IMG/VR virus record: IMGVR_UViG_3300017989_000078
DNA from: a virus
Direction: 5' to 3' (one strand)
Length of the DNA: 64,000 nucleotides
Shown: positions 18,313 to 26,959 of the stretch, piece after piece
Layout: every line of letters begins with the position of its first letter
Position numbering within the stretch: position 1 is the stretch's first letter
The notes under the pieces: generated by a model
Database searches by the model: none
Told to the model about the DNA's origin: nothing
What the model saw: the letters and a program-made list of their open reading frames with translations, nothing else
Position numbers and translations under genes: made by a program

Positions 18313-19365
18313 ATGGGTTACGTCATCGGAGATGCGCTCACTGAACTGAAGAACTTGGAGCCCAACACCTTCAACTGTGTTGTCACGTCTCCCCCATATT
18401 GGGGACTTCGAGACTACGGCACCGGCCGATGGACTGGAGGGGATCCGGACTGTCGTCACGATAGTCGAGAGGGAGTATGCGCGTCGTGTGGAGCGCGTCA
18501 TGTGGATTTCCAGTTGGGATTGGAGCAGACGCTGGAAGAATACCTCGAGAGAATGGTCGAGGTGTTTGCTGAGGTTCATCGAGTACTGCGGGATGACGGA
18601 ACCCTGTGGTTGAATATCGGAGATTCATACATCCGAAGTAGCACTTCAGGTTCTCGCGATTCAAACAGATGGCCTAAGCAGAGTTGTAAGTTAATTAATC
18701 CAAAGCGGACTAATAGTCCTCACGGGTCACTGAAGATAAAGGACATTGCCGGAGTACCGTGGAGACTGGCCTTTGCTCTCCAGGATTATGGCTGGTATTT
18801 ACGCCAGGACATTATATGGCACAAATTAAACCCCATGCCGGAGAGCGTGAGAGATAGGTGTTGCAAATCTCATGAGTACATATTTCTGCTCACCAAGAAT
18901 GAGCAGTATCATTTCGATGCCGATGCCATCAAGGAGCCAGTCACGGGGACCGCCCATAGTAGAGGGAGTGGTGTCAATCCGAAAGCCAGGAAGAGCAATA
19001 CTGGTGTTGGATGGGGATATACTGAAGGCAAACCAAAACCCAGAGCCAAGCAGAACTCGTCATTCTCAGCAGCAGTCAGTGGTCTGGTAGATTCTAGAAA
19101 TAAACGCTCTGTCTGGCAGGTAGCCACTCATCCCTATAAAGGATCCCATTTCGCGACGTTTCCCCCTGAACTTATCAATCCGTGTATTCTGGCAGGGTGC
19201 CCGGTAGGAGGGAAAGTACTCGATCCTTTCCTGGGCAGCGGGACAGTCGGAGAAGTATGTGAGAGATTGGGAAGGGATTGGTTTGGGATCGAACTGAACC
19301 CAGACTATGAATCGTTGATTCAGGAACGAACAGCTCAGATTGGACTGTTCAATACCGAGAGATGA
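18313..19365 (+). CDS. beta-class DNA methyltransferase (N4-cytosine or N6-adenine)
   Basis: VVTSPPYWGLRDYG (SPPY motif IV) lies N-terminal. DPFLGSGTVGEV...GIELNPDY (motif I) lies C-terminal. AGGAG RBS. Confidence 0.85.
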   Translation: MGYVIGDALTELKNLEPNTFNCVVTSPPYWGLRDYGTGRWTGGDPDCRHDSREGVCASCGARHVDFQLGLEQTLEEYLERMVEVFAEVHRVLRDDGTLWLNIGDSYIRSSTSGSRDSNRWPKQSCKLINPKRTNSPHGSLKIKDIAGVPWRLAFALQDYGWYLRQDIIWHKLNPMPESVRDRCCKSHEYIFLLTKNEQYHFDADAIKEPVTGTAHSRGSGVNPKARKSNTGVGWGYTEGKPKPRAKQNSSFSAAVSGLVDSRNKRSVWQVATHPYKGSHFATFPPELINPCILAGCPVGGKVLDPFLGSGTVGEVCERLGRDWFGIELNPDYESLIQERTAQIGLFNTER

Positions 19366-19703
19366 AAGAGGATCTGACGATGAAAGATTCAGTACGAGAA
19401 TGCTGGGAAATAAGCAAGGAACAGAACAGCGAAACGGATAATATGCCAAGAGGTAAAGTCGTAACAGATGCAGAACTTAGGAAGGCACTCGGATGGTGGA
19501 TGTTTGTCCTGGATCATTATGGGGGACATACGTGCCACATCGAACTCCGCTTGCGGAGACCATGGCGCATCCTTGGTAAACGGTTTCACCAATGGGTAAC
19601 ATTTAAGGTCGGACACATTGTTGCAGGATTGATGATAGACAAAATTCGCCAGACTCCTGCGGGGCAATTGCCGGCACCTGTAAATTTGTATATCTGGCGA
19701 TAA
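19362..19703 (+). CDS. hypothetical protein, paralogue of 18034-18309
   Basis: ATGA overlap; see the alignment for 18034-18309. Its N-terminus MKDSVRECWEISKEQ (from ATG 19380) resembles the N-terminus of the next gene. Confidence 0.55.
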   Translation: MKEDLTMKDSVRECWEISKEQNSETDNMPRGKVVTDAELRKALGWWMFVLDHYGGHTCHIELRLRRPWRILGKRFHQWVTFKVGHIVAGLMIDKIRQTPAGQLPAPVNLYIWR

Positions 19704-19720
19704 CCGAGGGGGATCCGAAG

Positions 19721-19993
19721 ATGAAGAACACAGTACAAGAGGGTTGGGAATCCTATAAGAAACAAGTAATGAATCCAGAAGCGTCCAAGGAGCAGGAACA
19801 GACAATGGAGGAGACCTTTTATGGTGGTGCGCTTTGGATGTTTGGGATGATGATGGGTATTGATGACGATCTGTCTACGGAAACTTTTGTTCAAATATTG
19901 CGAGGCATTAAGGATGAGTTTCGTAGGTTCTCGGAGAAGAAGATGCCTTCTACGGAACACGGCAAAAGTTCTGACAGGGAATCAATGATCTAG
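19721..19993 (+). CDS. hypothetical protein
   Basis: GAGGGGGA RBS; N-terminus MKNTVQEGWESYKKQ. Confidence 0.5.
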   Translation: MKNTVQEGWESYKKQVMNPEASKEQEQTMEETFYGGALWMFGMMMGIDDDLSTETFVQILRGIKDEFRRFSEKKMPSTEHGKSSDRESMI

Positions 19994-20009
19994 CGAAAGG
20001 CGGTGATCA

Positions 20010-21002
20010 ATGTTTGTTCTTTTATTGGCATTAGTTTTGTGTGGTTGCGAAGTTTCAACCAGGACTGGCTGGATGGTGGACGGCAACCTTGGAGCCTCAT
20101 CTGATACTGACACCGACGCTGATGCTGACGCTGATGCTGACGCTGACGCTGACACTGACGCTGACACTGATACCGATACCGATACCGATACGGATACTGA
20201 CGCAGATGCCGACAGCGACACCGACACCGACAGCGACTCTGACGCCGATTCTGATGCTGACAGTGATACTGACACTGATTCGGATACAGACGCCGATAGC
20301 GACGCTGACACTGACGCTGACAGTGACACAGATAGTGATGCCGATAGTGATGCCGACACCGATGCGGACTCGGACACCACATATTGCATCGACAACGGAG
20401 CGGAGTGCCACGGCACGGTCCTAGTAGAGTGTATTTCAGGGGAGTGGCATATGTGGAGAGACTGTGCCGATACCGAACGAATCTGCAAGCAGGGCCAGTG
20501 TGAATCGACAGCCGGCGATGCTGACACCGACAGCGATTCTGATACTGACGCTGATAGCGACACCGATTCTGATACAGACACGGATACAGGCACCGGGACA
20601 GGCACCACACTTTGTGATGGTGCGCCTATTGATCCGGGTCTATGGTGCGATCCTGACAGTGGTTATTTGTGGGAGATTGACGGTCCAAGTTCGGCGGTGG
20701 CCAGTTACTATATACATGAGGCGCGTTGTGAGGCGTTGACACTTGGCGGTCTCGACACATGGCGACTGCCCGAATATTACAGCGAACTGGTAACAATGAT
20801 CGAACCGGAGGGACCACTTGGTTGCCACTGGAACGAGGATGTGTTCGGCGGCGAGTGTGCCGCTAAAATATTCTGGACAGCGCCATATGACCCGGACAAC
20901 CCGATACAGCAGACTCTTGGTATGAACTTCAACACGGGGTCAGCAGTGGGGATCAGTTTTCTGACATACAAAGCACGTGCGATTTGCATCGGTGAGTTTT
21001 AG
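20010..21002 (+). CDS. putative lipoprotein with Asp-X dipeptide repeats and a DUF1566/Lcl-C-like C-terminal domain
   Basis: MFVLLLALVLCGC is lipobox-like. There are about 90 aa of D[TAS] repeats, a Cys-rich spacer and a second D-X block. The C-terminus DTWRLPEYYSELV...ARAICIGEF resembles DUF1566. Confidence 0.65.
   Translation: MFVLLLALVLCGCEVSTRTGWMVDGNLGASSDTDTDADADADADADADTDADTDTDTDTDTDTDADADSDTDTDSDSDADSDADSDTDTDSDTDADSDADTDADSDTDSDADSDADTDADSDTTYCIDNGAECHGTVLVECISGEWHMWRDCADTERICKQGQCESTAGDADTDSDSDTDADSDTDSDTDTDTGTGTGTTLCDGAPIDPGLWCDPDSGYLWEIDGPSSAVASYYIHEARCEALTLGGLDTWRLPEYYSELVTMIEPEGPLGCHWNEDVFGGECAAKIFWTAPYDPDNPIQQTLGMNFNTGSAVGISFLTYKARAICIGEF
20101..20377 (+). repeat. imperfect GAY-RCN hexanucleotide repeat tract (encodes the D-T/A/S repeats)
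   Basis: Read directly, e.g. gacgctgatgctgacgctgatgctgac. Confidence 0.85.
20515..20606 (+). repeat. second, shorter GAY-RCN repeat tract
   Basis: Read directly; encodes DADTDSDSDTDADSDTDSDTDTDTGTGTGT. Confidence 0.8.
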
Positions 21003-21080
21003 TCAGTTGGGAATATCAGATACCGCACTAAACGCAATACTTGCCAATTGATAAAAATAATAGACGGATAAGAAAAAACA

Positions 21081-21108
21081 TTGACACACAGGAACGGCCA
21101 TGTATTAT
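21081..21108 (+). promoter_or_regulatory. sigma70-type promoter P2 (TTGACA-16 nt-TATTAT)
   Basis: -35 at 21081-21086 and -10 at 21103-21108, with an A-tract upstream. Architecture is very similar to P1. Confidence 0.6.
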
Positions 21109-21155
21109 TGTCGGTAGATGATGATTCACACGCTGGCAAGGGGAGGGAACAGCAG

Positions 21156-21950
21156 ATGGAACTTTTGGAATTGGCCGACATCGTAAGGGCGAACGCTGTA
21201 TTGCATAGATATAAAAATACGGACAAGCCTTGGTTCGCGTCTTTCGAGAATTGTGAAATAAAAGAAGACGGGGTATTAATCACGGTTTCCGGGAATGGAC
21301 ACTCTCCTTGTGCTGCTCTTGCTAATTATGCGGAGAAGATACGCGGCAAAACAATTGTTCTAAACGCGTCGAAAGGTGCGCGTAGGGAATTTGACGTTCC
21401 GGACAGTCTGGCTGCAGACGAAGAAGAGAATTTCTTGTGCATGACTGCACAGGATGAGTCACCGTTAAGTGAGGAAAATGAATCACTTCGTAATCAACTA
21501 GAGTCCCTACAGGCCAAGCTCAAGTGGGCACGGGCTGAACGAGACTACTTGCTTGGCTTTATTGACACTGAGGTGAGAGGTTCCGCAGACGGCGTTGTTC
21601 AGGTCTATGAAGACGAACTACGAAAAGAGATCGAGCCTTTTTTTATTGAGAATTCACAGGAATATACAATTAGGGGAATGGTGCGTCGAGCAGCTGCTAC
21701 TAAACAGGCAATCGAAGGTAATGGGAATGGTGCAATTCTGATTACAAAGAGTGAGTTAGATGAACTGCCAGAACATTCAAAATCTCTTCCACAAGTTGCT
21801 GTAATTGGTAAAAAATGGAAGCGGCGCAGAGATATCAACGACGAGTCCAAGGGATGGATGCTCGGCGAGTACGTCGAGTCTTCCGATGACCAGGATGGCG
21901 TAGACATCTTCTGGATGGATCTGACGATCGTGGATTTCACGACGACGTAA
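21156..21950 (+). CDS. hypothetical protein
   Basis: GGGGAGGGA RBS before ATG 21156. The longer ORF would begin inside the promoter. Confidence 0.55.
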   Translation: MELLELADIVRANAVLHRYKNTDKPWFASFENCEIKEDGVLITVSGNGHSPCAALANYAEKIRGKTIVLNASKGARREFDVPDSLAADEEENFLCMTAQDESPLSEENESLRNQLESLQAKLKWARAERDYLLGFIDTEVRGSADGVVQVYEDELRKEIEPFFIENSQEYTIRGMVRRAAATKQAIEGNGNGAILITKSELDELPEHSKSLPQVAVIGKKWKRRRDINDESKGWMLGEYVESSDDQDGVDIFWMDLTIVDFTTT

Positions 21951-22008
21951 TCTGGCCAGTAGATGGAGATGACCGAACGAAACAATACGATATAAGGAAC
22001 AACGAAAA

Positions 22009-22449
22009 ATGAAAAAGAGAGAATCAGAGAAACAGATCTTCGAAACACAAATAATACACTTGAAGACACCTGCAAACGGCGGTGTGACATTGGCAGTTCG
22101 AGAGAGCGAAATATTCGATGATCCGAATGGTATCGATGTTGGAGCGGCATTCTGTTCACCGACTGAAAAACAATTCAACAAGAAGAAAGGCAGAATTATC
22201 GCAGAGGGGCGTCTTGCGGCAAGACGCAATGGATTTCTGTGTTATTGCCATTATGGGAAGGATGATCAGCGGTGCAAGCTAACTGACAACAGTAAGGAAC
22301 TGCTTGAAGTCCTTGTGCAGGTAGGGACCAGATGTCACCGTGGCACAGGCGTTCGTGGGCCGCTTTGGTGGCCAGGTTTCATACTGTCAATACGCAGACA
22401 GTTTGGCATCCGCAGAACACGTGAAGAGAGGGCAGCAGGCGTTCTATGA
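22009..22449 (+). CDS. hypothetical protein
   Basis: 146-aa ORF. Confidence 0.5.
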   Translation: MKKRESEKQIFETQIIHLKTPANGGVTLAVRESEIFDDPNGIDVGAAFCSPTEKQFNKKKGRIIAEGRLAARRNGFLCYCHYGKDDQRCKLTDNSKELLEVLVQVGTRCHRGTGVRGPLWWPGFILSIRRQFGIRRTREERAAGVL

Positions 22450-22522
22450 TGAGGCAGCGGGACTGCTGAGTGCCCAATCGGTGAGGAGCTAACGATTCAT
22501 AAGAAATTCAGAGGGGCAAAGA

Positions 22523-22972
22523 ATGATTGAAGACCGAATGGAAAGAGAAAGAAGGGGGAAGGTGTTTAACCTATTCAGTGGATTTTTTATTACTCTTAGT
22601 TGTGTTCTAGTGGTCTTTCTGTATAGCGAGCGGAAGCAAAGGATTGGTCTCGAGTCCCAGTTAGAAGCACTTGAGACGTCGTCTAAAACATCTATAAAAA
22701 CAATCAAAACACAGAGTTACAAGAATTGCATGAAGAGACGTTCGTACAACTTTGAGAAATGCAAAGGCGTGAGCCAGAGGGTATTCAGTGCTCTTGAGGC
22801 GTGCGTTATCTTGTATGAGGAGGAGGGGGATTCTGTCCCATTGGATGCTGAAGGGTATCGTCAATATAGTGCAATGGAACGTTTAGTATCAGAAACATAT
22901 GCTGAGTACTACGAACTTTATGGTGATGAGGAAGGTCTTAAACAGTGGTCTAGGACCGGATATATAATGTGA
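22523..22972 (+). CDS. membrane-anchored hypothetical protein
   Basis: N-terminal hydrophobic FSGFFITLSCVLVVFLY; AGAGGGG RBS. Confidence 0.5.
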   Translation: MIEDRMERERRGKVFNLFSGFFITLSCVLVVFLYSERKQRIGLESQLEALETSSKTSIKTIKTQSYKNCMKRRSYNFEKCKGVSQRVFSALEACVILYEEEGDSVPLDAEGYRQYSAMERLVSETYAEYYELYGDEEGLKQWSRTGYIM

Positions 22973-23016
22973 CAATCGTGCGATTCTAGGGACAGATGAC
23001 TGAAGGAGAGTTGAAA

Positions 23017-23664
23017 ATGACGGTTAAGGCTGGGACTACATTCGAAATCAATGGTTGCAAGTATGAGGTTGTCAAAAAGTGCGTGGGGCCCAACGCCGGA
23101 TACGTTTTTGTCAATCCAGAAATTGGTGAGTCTGCACCGAGGACGCTCATGGTTCCCGAGGCGTTTGTCGAGGCGATTATGGGTAAATGTTCTCCGGCGA
23201 TTGATGCACTGGCCAAGCGCAACACAGAACTCCAGCACCAGTTGGAACAGATGACACTGCGCAGGGCAGAAGCCATTCGGATCATAGAGGAGAAACGCGA
23301 GGAAATACGTGTTTTAAAAGGTGATACCAGCAAGTTGTCTGTCGACTTGGCAACTGAGCTAAAGGACGCAACCGGCGTGAGCGAATGGGAAATTGTTGAT
23401 GGCGTGAAAACACTGAAAGCGCATTCTGTTTTTTTGAATGAGGAGCATCAAAAGCGCCTTCTAGCGGCATTGAAGGATCCGCCCCAGACGCTAGAGAGTG
23501 CAGATCGAATTATTGACGATATTAGGATATTGGTCGATGAGCACCTTGAGCGCATGTATCAGCTTGGCTATTTTAAAGAACGCATTCCCCCAGCACCAGA
23601 TGGGGACTGTCTTGATCATGAAGCGTGTACCGATGATGGCGGTTGCGATGGATCCGATGAGTAG
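23017..23664 (+). CDS. coiled-coil hypothetical protein
   Basis: GAAGGAGAG RBS 7 nt before ATG 23017; the ORF is open from 22996. Confidence 0.5.
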   Translation: MTVKAGTTFEINGCKYEVVKKCVGPNAGYVFVNPEIGESAPRTLMVPEAFVEAIMGKCSPAIDALAKRNTELQHQLEQMTLRRAEAIRIIEEKREEIRVLKGDTSKLSVDLATELKDATGVSEWEIVDGVKTLKAHSVFLNEEHQKRLLAALKDPPQTLESADRIIDDIRILVDEHLERMYQLGYFKERIPPAPDGDCLDHEACTDDGGCDGSDE

Positions 23665-23702
23665 GCCAGAAGGCATTTTAGACGAGGAAGGTGGAACCAA
23701 CG

Positions 23703-24122
23703 ATGGTTGATGAAATATTCAGAACAGTGGCGGACTTCCTCTTGATTGGGGTTTCAGTTGCCTGTGCGTTACTTGTGTTGTTTTATGTTTTTCTAGACAT
23801 ATACGAACTGGTTTCACAGTGGCCGCACAAACGTCGACACAGGGCGTGCAACGATTCTTCCACCAAATTGTCTGACAACTCAGCAGCCGAGCAAACTGGA
23901 CACGACGAGATAGAGTCGATGCTTGGCAAGGAAGAAACGTTTGTCTACTGTGCGGAGTGTATCTACTCAGGGTGGCGCCAATTTGCAGATACTTACCACG
24001 GCAAGTGTTTCGGAGAGCAGTCCAAAAACTACGGGTTTGATATATATCGGATCGATGACTTGACCGGAAAGCAGGTTGGAACAGGTTGTTACGACGGTAA
24101 TAAGGGGGCATCGGATGGGTAA
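23703..24122 (+). CDS. membrane-anchored hypothetical protein
   Basis: N-terminal TM FLLIGVSVACALLVLFYVFL. Confidence 0.5.
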   Translation: MVDEIFRTVADFLLIGVSVACALLVLFYVFLDIYELVSQWPHKRRHRACNDSSTKLSDNSAAEQTGHDEIESMLGKEETFVYCAECIYSGWRQFADTYHGKCFGEQSKNYGFDIYRIDDLTGKQVGTGCYDGNKGASDG

Positions 24123-24669
24123 GTCAAAAAGCATTTTGGAAGAGTATAGAGAACGGCTACCTAAATACATTGACACAAATTCTCGCAATTGTGGCGAGGC
24201 CATGGGAATTCTATGTACGATACTGGATGAGCGGTTAGAACGAATTCAGAACTCACAGCAAATAGAAAACGAAATTACAGCGAATGACGAACCAGACGAT
24301 AGACCATGCTACCACATCGAAATCGATGGTGTATGTGTTTGCAGGTTCTCAGAACCTACACATATGGTTAGATGTCAATTTTATAGCAGAAAAGAGGCAG
24401 ACAAAGAATGTCGCATCTATAGCAAGATCAGGGAAAACACTGTTGTAGTTGATGGCAAGTGTCCTCACGATCGGTCGGAAAGCATACAGAAACCTACCAA
24501 TGGAGACACTGTGGTGGTGAACAAGGTTGCATTGGAACAGATATTAGACTCTTATTCAGATAATGTACAATGTGGAGATTGTGCGGTGCCTTGGAGAAGA
24601 TTGAAATGCCAAAAATCGCTGCCTAAAGAATGTCTCCATATACTGCGTGGAAAGTTAGGGATTAAGTAA
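24115..24669 (+). CDS. hypothetical Cys-rich protein
   Basis: ATG 24115 overlaps the upstream stop. Confidence 0.5.
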   Translation: MGKSKSILEEYRERLPKYIDTNSRNCGEAMGILCTILDERLERIQNSQQIENEITANDEPDDRPCYHIEIDGVCVCRFSEPTHMVRCQFYSRKEADKECRIYSKIRENTVVVDGKCPHDRSESIQKPTNGDTVVVNKVALEQILDSYSDNVQCGDCAVPWRRLKCQKSLPKECLHILRGKLGIK

Positions 24670-25094
24670 TGACCAAACTAACTGAGCGACAAAAAAACAT
24701 CCGGTCCGCAATCGTGTTCGGGATAGGAAAGTGGAAGGCTTTAAGGGACAGCGAAAGCACACTGGTGGAAGGCATCGCATGGTGCTCTCTCTGCTATCTA
24801 TTTATGGATCGAGATAAACAGAAATGCATCGATTGTCCCTTGGATAAGGCGGGGAAACACTGTCTAACAGATGGCGGCTATTTTGATAAATTTTACACAA
24901 ATGCGGCTCGTCCTGGAATGACTGAAAAAGCTGGTCTCAACCTATATTGTGAAATTGAGCATGGATGCGAGATGTATCTTGAAAATCTCGACGGCGAGTT
25001 GAAAGTCGAAACCGCTGCCTTAATCGACGGCATGATTTCCGATCTGAACCTGGCATTGAAGTGGTTTGATGATGGTGGTTACAGCGAATACTAG
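24669..25094 (+). CDS. hypothetical Cys-rich protein, paralogue of 36274-36678
   Basis: TAATG overlap. The proteins share LTxRQK...GKW...C.LC...C..CPLD.AGKHC and an almost identical C-terminus LENLDGELKVETAALIDGMISDL.LALKWFDDGGY.EY. Confidence 0.6.
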   Translation: MTKLTERQKNIRSAIVFGIGKWKALRDSESTLVEGIAWCSLCYLFMDRDKQKCIDCPLDKAGKHCLTDGGYFDKFYTNAARPGMTEKAGLNLYCEIEHGCEMYLENLDGELKVETAALIDGMISDLNLALKWFDDGGYSEY

Positions 25095-25159
25095 GTTTGC
25101 TGGACTATTGGAGTGTAGATCCTACACCGACTGAAAATATGCATTGAAAGGTTTAGACA

Positions 25160-25603
25160 ATGATGAGTGAAAACGTAGTAAAAAAGCCTCCCAAGGTGGT
25201 AGTGATCTGTGGTTCGTCCAGGTTCATCGATGTCATGATGGTCTGTGGCTGGTTTCTAGAGAGAGACGAGGGCGCTATCGTGATGGGTCTCCATTTGCTT
25301 CCAGGTTGGTACTCCGAGGAGAACATTCCACACCATCTGGCAGAGCACGAAGGTGTAGCTGATGCGCTGGACAACTTGCATCTTCGGAAGATCGATCTCG
25401 CCGTGCACGCCAGGGAGACAATGGGCTGCGAGGCAGAGATTTTCGTGACCAACGTGAAACACTACATCGGCAAAAGCACCACACGAGAGGTGCAGTACGC
25501 CAAGGACAAGGGGGTTCCGATTCGTTGGTATACCGATGATCCGATTGGTGTTCTGGTAGATGAGAGAATCCGTGTTGCATGTGTTAGGGACGGGATTAAA
25601 TAG
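25160..25603 (+). CDS. hypothetical protein, possibly nucleoside 2-deoxyribosyltransferase-like fold
   Basis: VVVICGSSRF...LHLRKIDLA...YIGKSTTREVQYAKDKGVPIRW resembles a phage family I recall only by pattern. Low confidence in function. Confidence 0.45.
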   Translation: MMSENVVKKPPKVVVICGSSRFIDVMMVCGWFLERDEGAIVMGLHLLPGWYSEENIPHHLAEHEGVADALDNLHLRKIDLAVHARETMGCEAEIFVTNVKHYIGKSTTREVQYAKDKGVPIRWYTDDPIGVLVDERIRVACVRDGIK

Positions 25604-25690
25604 GCCAAATGTCAGGGGAGGCAAATCAATCTTCTTTAGGATCGCGCATGGGGTGTGATTCTAGATGATAAACCGATACAGGAGGAAGAC

Positions 25691-25975
25691 ATGTCGATAG
25701 AACAGCATTTCAGTAAATTAGGCAAACGCGCCAAGGATGTCGTAACAGGCGCCGAAGGGGTCATTGAAACAATCAGTTTTGATCTCTACGGATGTATTCA
25801 GGTAATCTTGAAACCACCGGTAGACAAAGACGGGAAGATTCAGGATGGTCGCTGGTGTGACATCTCACGTATTGTCATCATTGATGATGAGCCAGTAATG
25901 CCCGTACCAGACTTCAACTCTGGTGGTCCGGTTGCTGAAGGAAAGAAAGGTCCTGCCGACAAACCAGTTCCTTAG
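25691..25975 (+). CDS. hypothetical protein
   Basis: AGGAGGAAG RBS before ATG 25691. Confidence 0.5.
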   Translation: MSIEQHFSKLGKRAKDVVTGAEGVIETISFDLYGCIQVILKPPVDKDGKIQDGRWCDISRIVIIDDEPVMPVPDFNSGGPVAEGKKGPADKPVP

Positions 25976-26000
25976 ATGACACCGTAGGGCATGATCAGGC

Positions 26001-26540
26001 ATGGGGGCAAAACACGTAAAGGACTTTCCGATGAAACGAACAAGAGTACTGACATATCTGTGGACACTGCAATGGGACCTGCTGGTTTGGCTCGTGGCGC
26101 TGATCGTATTTGCGATCAAGGGAGGCAGGTTGGCCTGGCAGGATCTTGGATTGTGGGCAGTGTTGCCGGATCCGGAGGATTGGCAAGGAAGCGGATGGCT
26201 TGGAATAACGTTGGGGCACGGCGGCGTGTTGACGGCAAAGGCCTTTGGTACTAGGCAGGACACAACAGGAACAGAGCGGCACGAGGGTGTCCACGTGGAG
26301 CAGTATGAAGCTATGGCGCTTGCCGGCTTTGTCCTTGGTCTGATCGTATTCGGTGTGGTCGCCCTGTCTGGCTTGCCTGTCACCGGCGCGCTTCTGGGTG
26401 AATTGGTGTGGCTAGGGGCTTTTCCAGCAGTGATTGGCGCTGGGCATATCGTAGCCAAGGTGCGTGGTGAGGATCTGTACTGGGGCGCGACTCATGAAGA
26501 GGCGGCCCGGGCGATTTCCGAGAAGCAATCGGGATGTTGA
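26001..26540 (+). CDS. multi-pass membrane protein with HExxH motif
   Basis: Several hydrophobic helices; HEGVH at ERHEGVHVEQYE. Confidence 0.5.
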   Translation: MGAKHVKDFPMKRTRVLTYLWTLQWDLLVWLVALIVFAIKGGRLAWQDLGLWAVLPDPEDWQGSGWLGITLGHGGVLTAKAFGTRQDTTGTERHEGVHVEQYEAMALAGFVLGLIVFGVVALSGLPVTGALLGELVWLGAFPAVIGAGHIVAKVRGEDLYWGATHEEAARAISEKQSGC

Positions 26541-26911
26541 CGGCGATAACAGAACAATGCTGGGCGAAGAAGCCGCCAGGGTGGACAATGGGCGACGGAT
26601 GGGGCGATGCCACTTCATGGCACAACCACAAGAAGGGCTTAGCTGTTCTAGGTGGTGTCGAGGAAATAGACGGCGAGAAATGGCTTCACGTGTCGATTTC
26701 ACATCAGAAGCGCATGCCGACATACGACGAAATGGTATATCTGAAGCGTCATTGGTTTGGTAATGAGGCCACTGCGTTGGAGATACATCCACCTCGAAGC
26801 GAGCATGTAAACCTTCACAAGTTCTGCCGTCATTTATGGACAAATCTGGAAAGACGGGTTGTTCCAGATCTGCGCAGAGTGTGTTCAATAACAGGGGACA
26901 AATCTATTTGA
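26534..26911 (+). CDS. hypothetical protein
   Basis: Overlaps the upstream stop; 125 aa. Confidence 0.55.
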   Translation: MLTAITEQCWAKKPPGWTMGDGWGDATSWHNHKKGLAVLGGVEEIDGEKWLHVSISHQKRMPTYDEMVYLKRHWFGNEATALEIHPPRSEHVNLHKFCRHLWTNLERRVVPDLRRVCSITGDKSI

Positions 26912-26959
26912 GCGCCGCAGCCAGGCGTGAAGAGAAAGAACCAATGGGAGGAGACACCT

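Noticed and set aside
19982-20610. Two roughly 207-aa minus-strand ORFs (SVSVSASVS... and RCRCRHL... repeats)
   Set aside because: They are mirror images of the GAY-RCN repeat tract of the + strand lipoprotein gene. The repeat removes stop codons in all frames.
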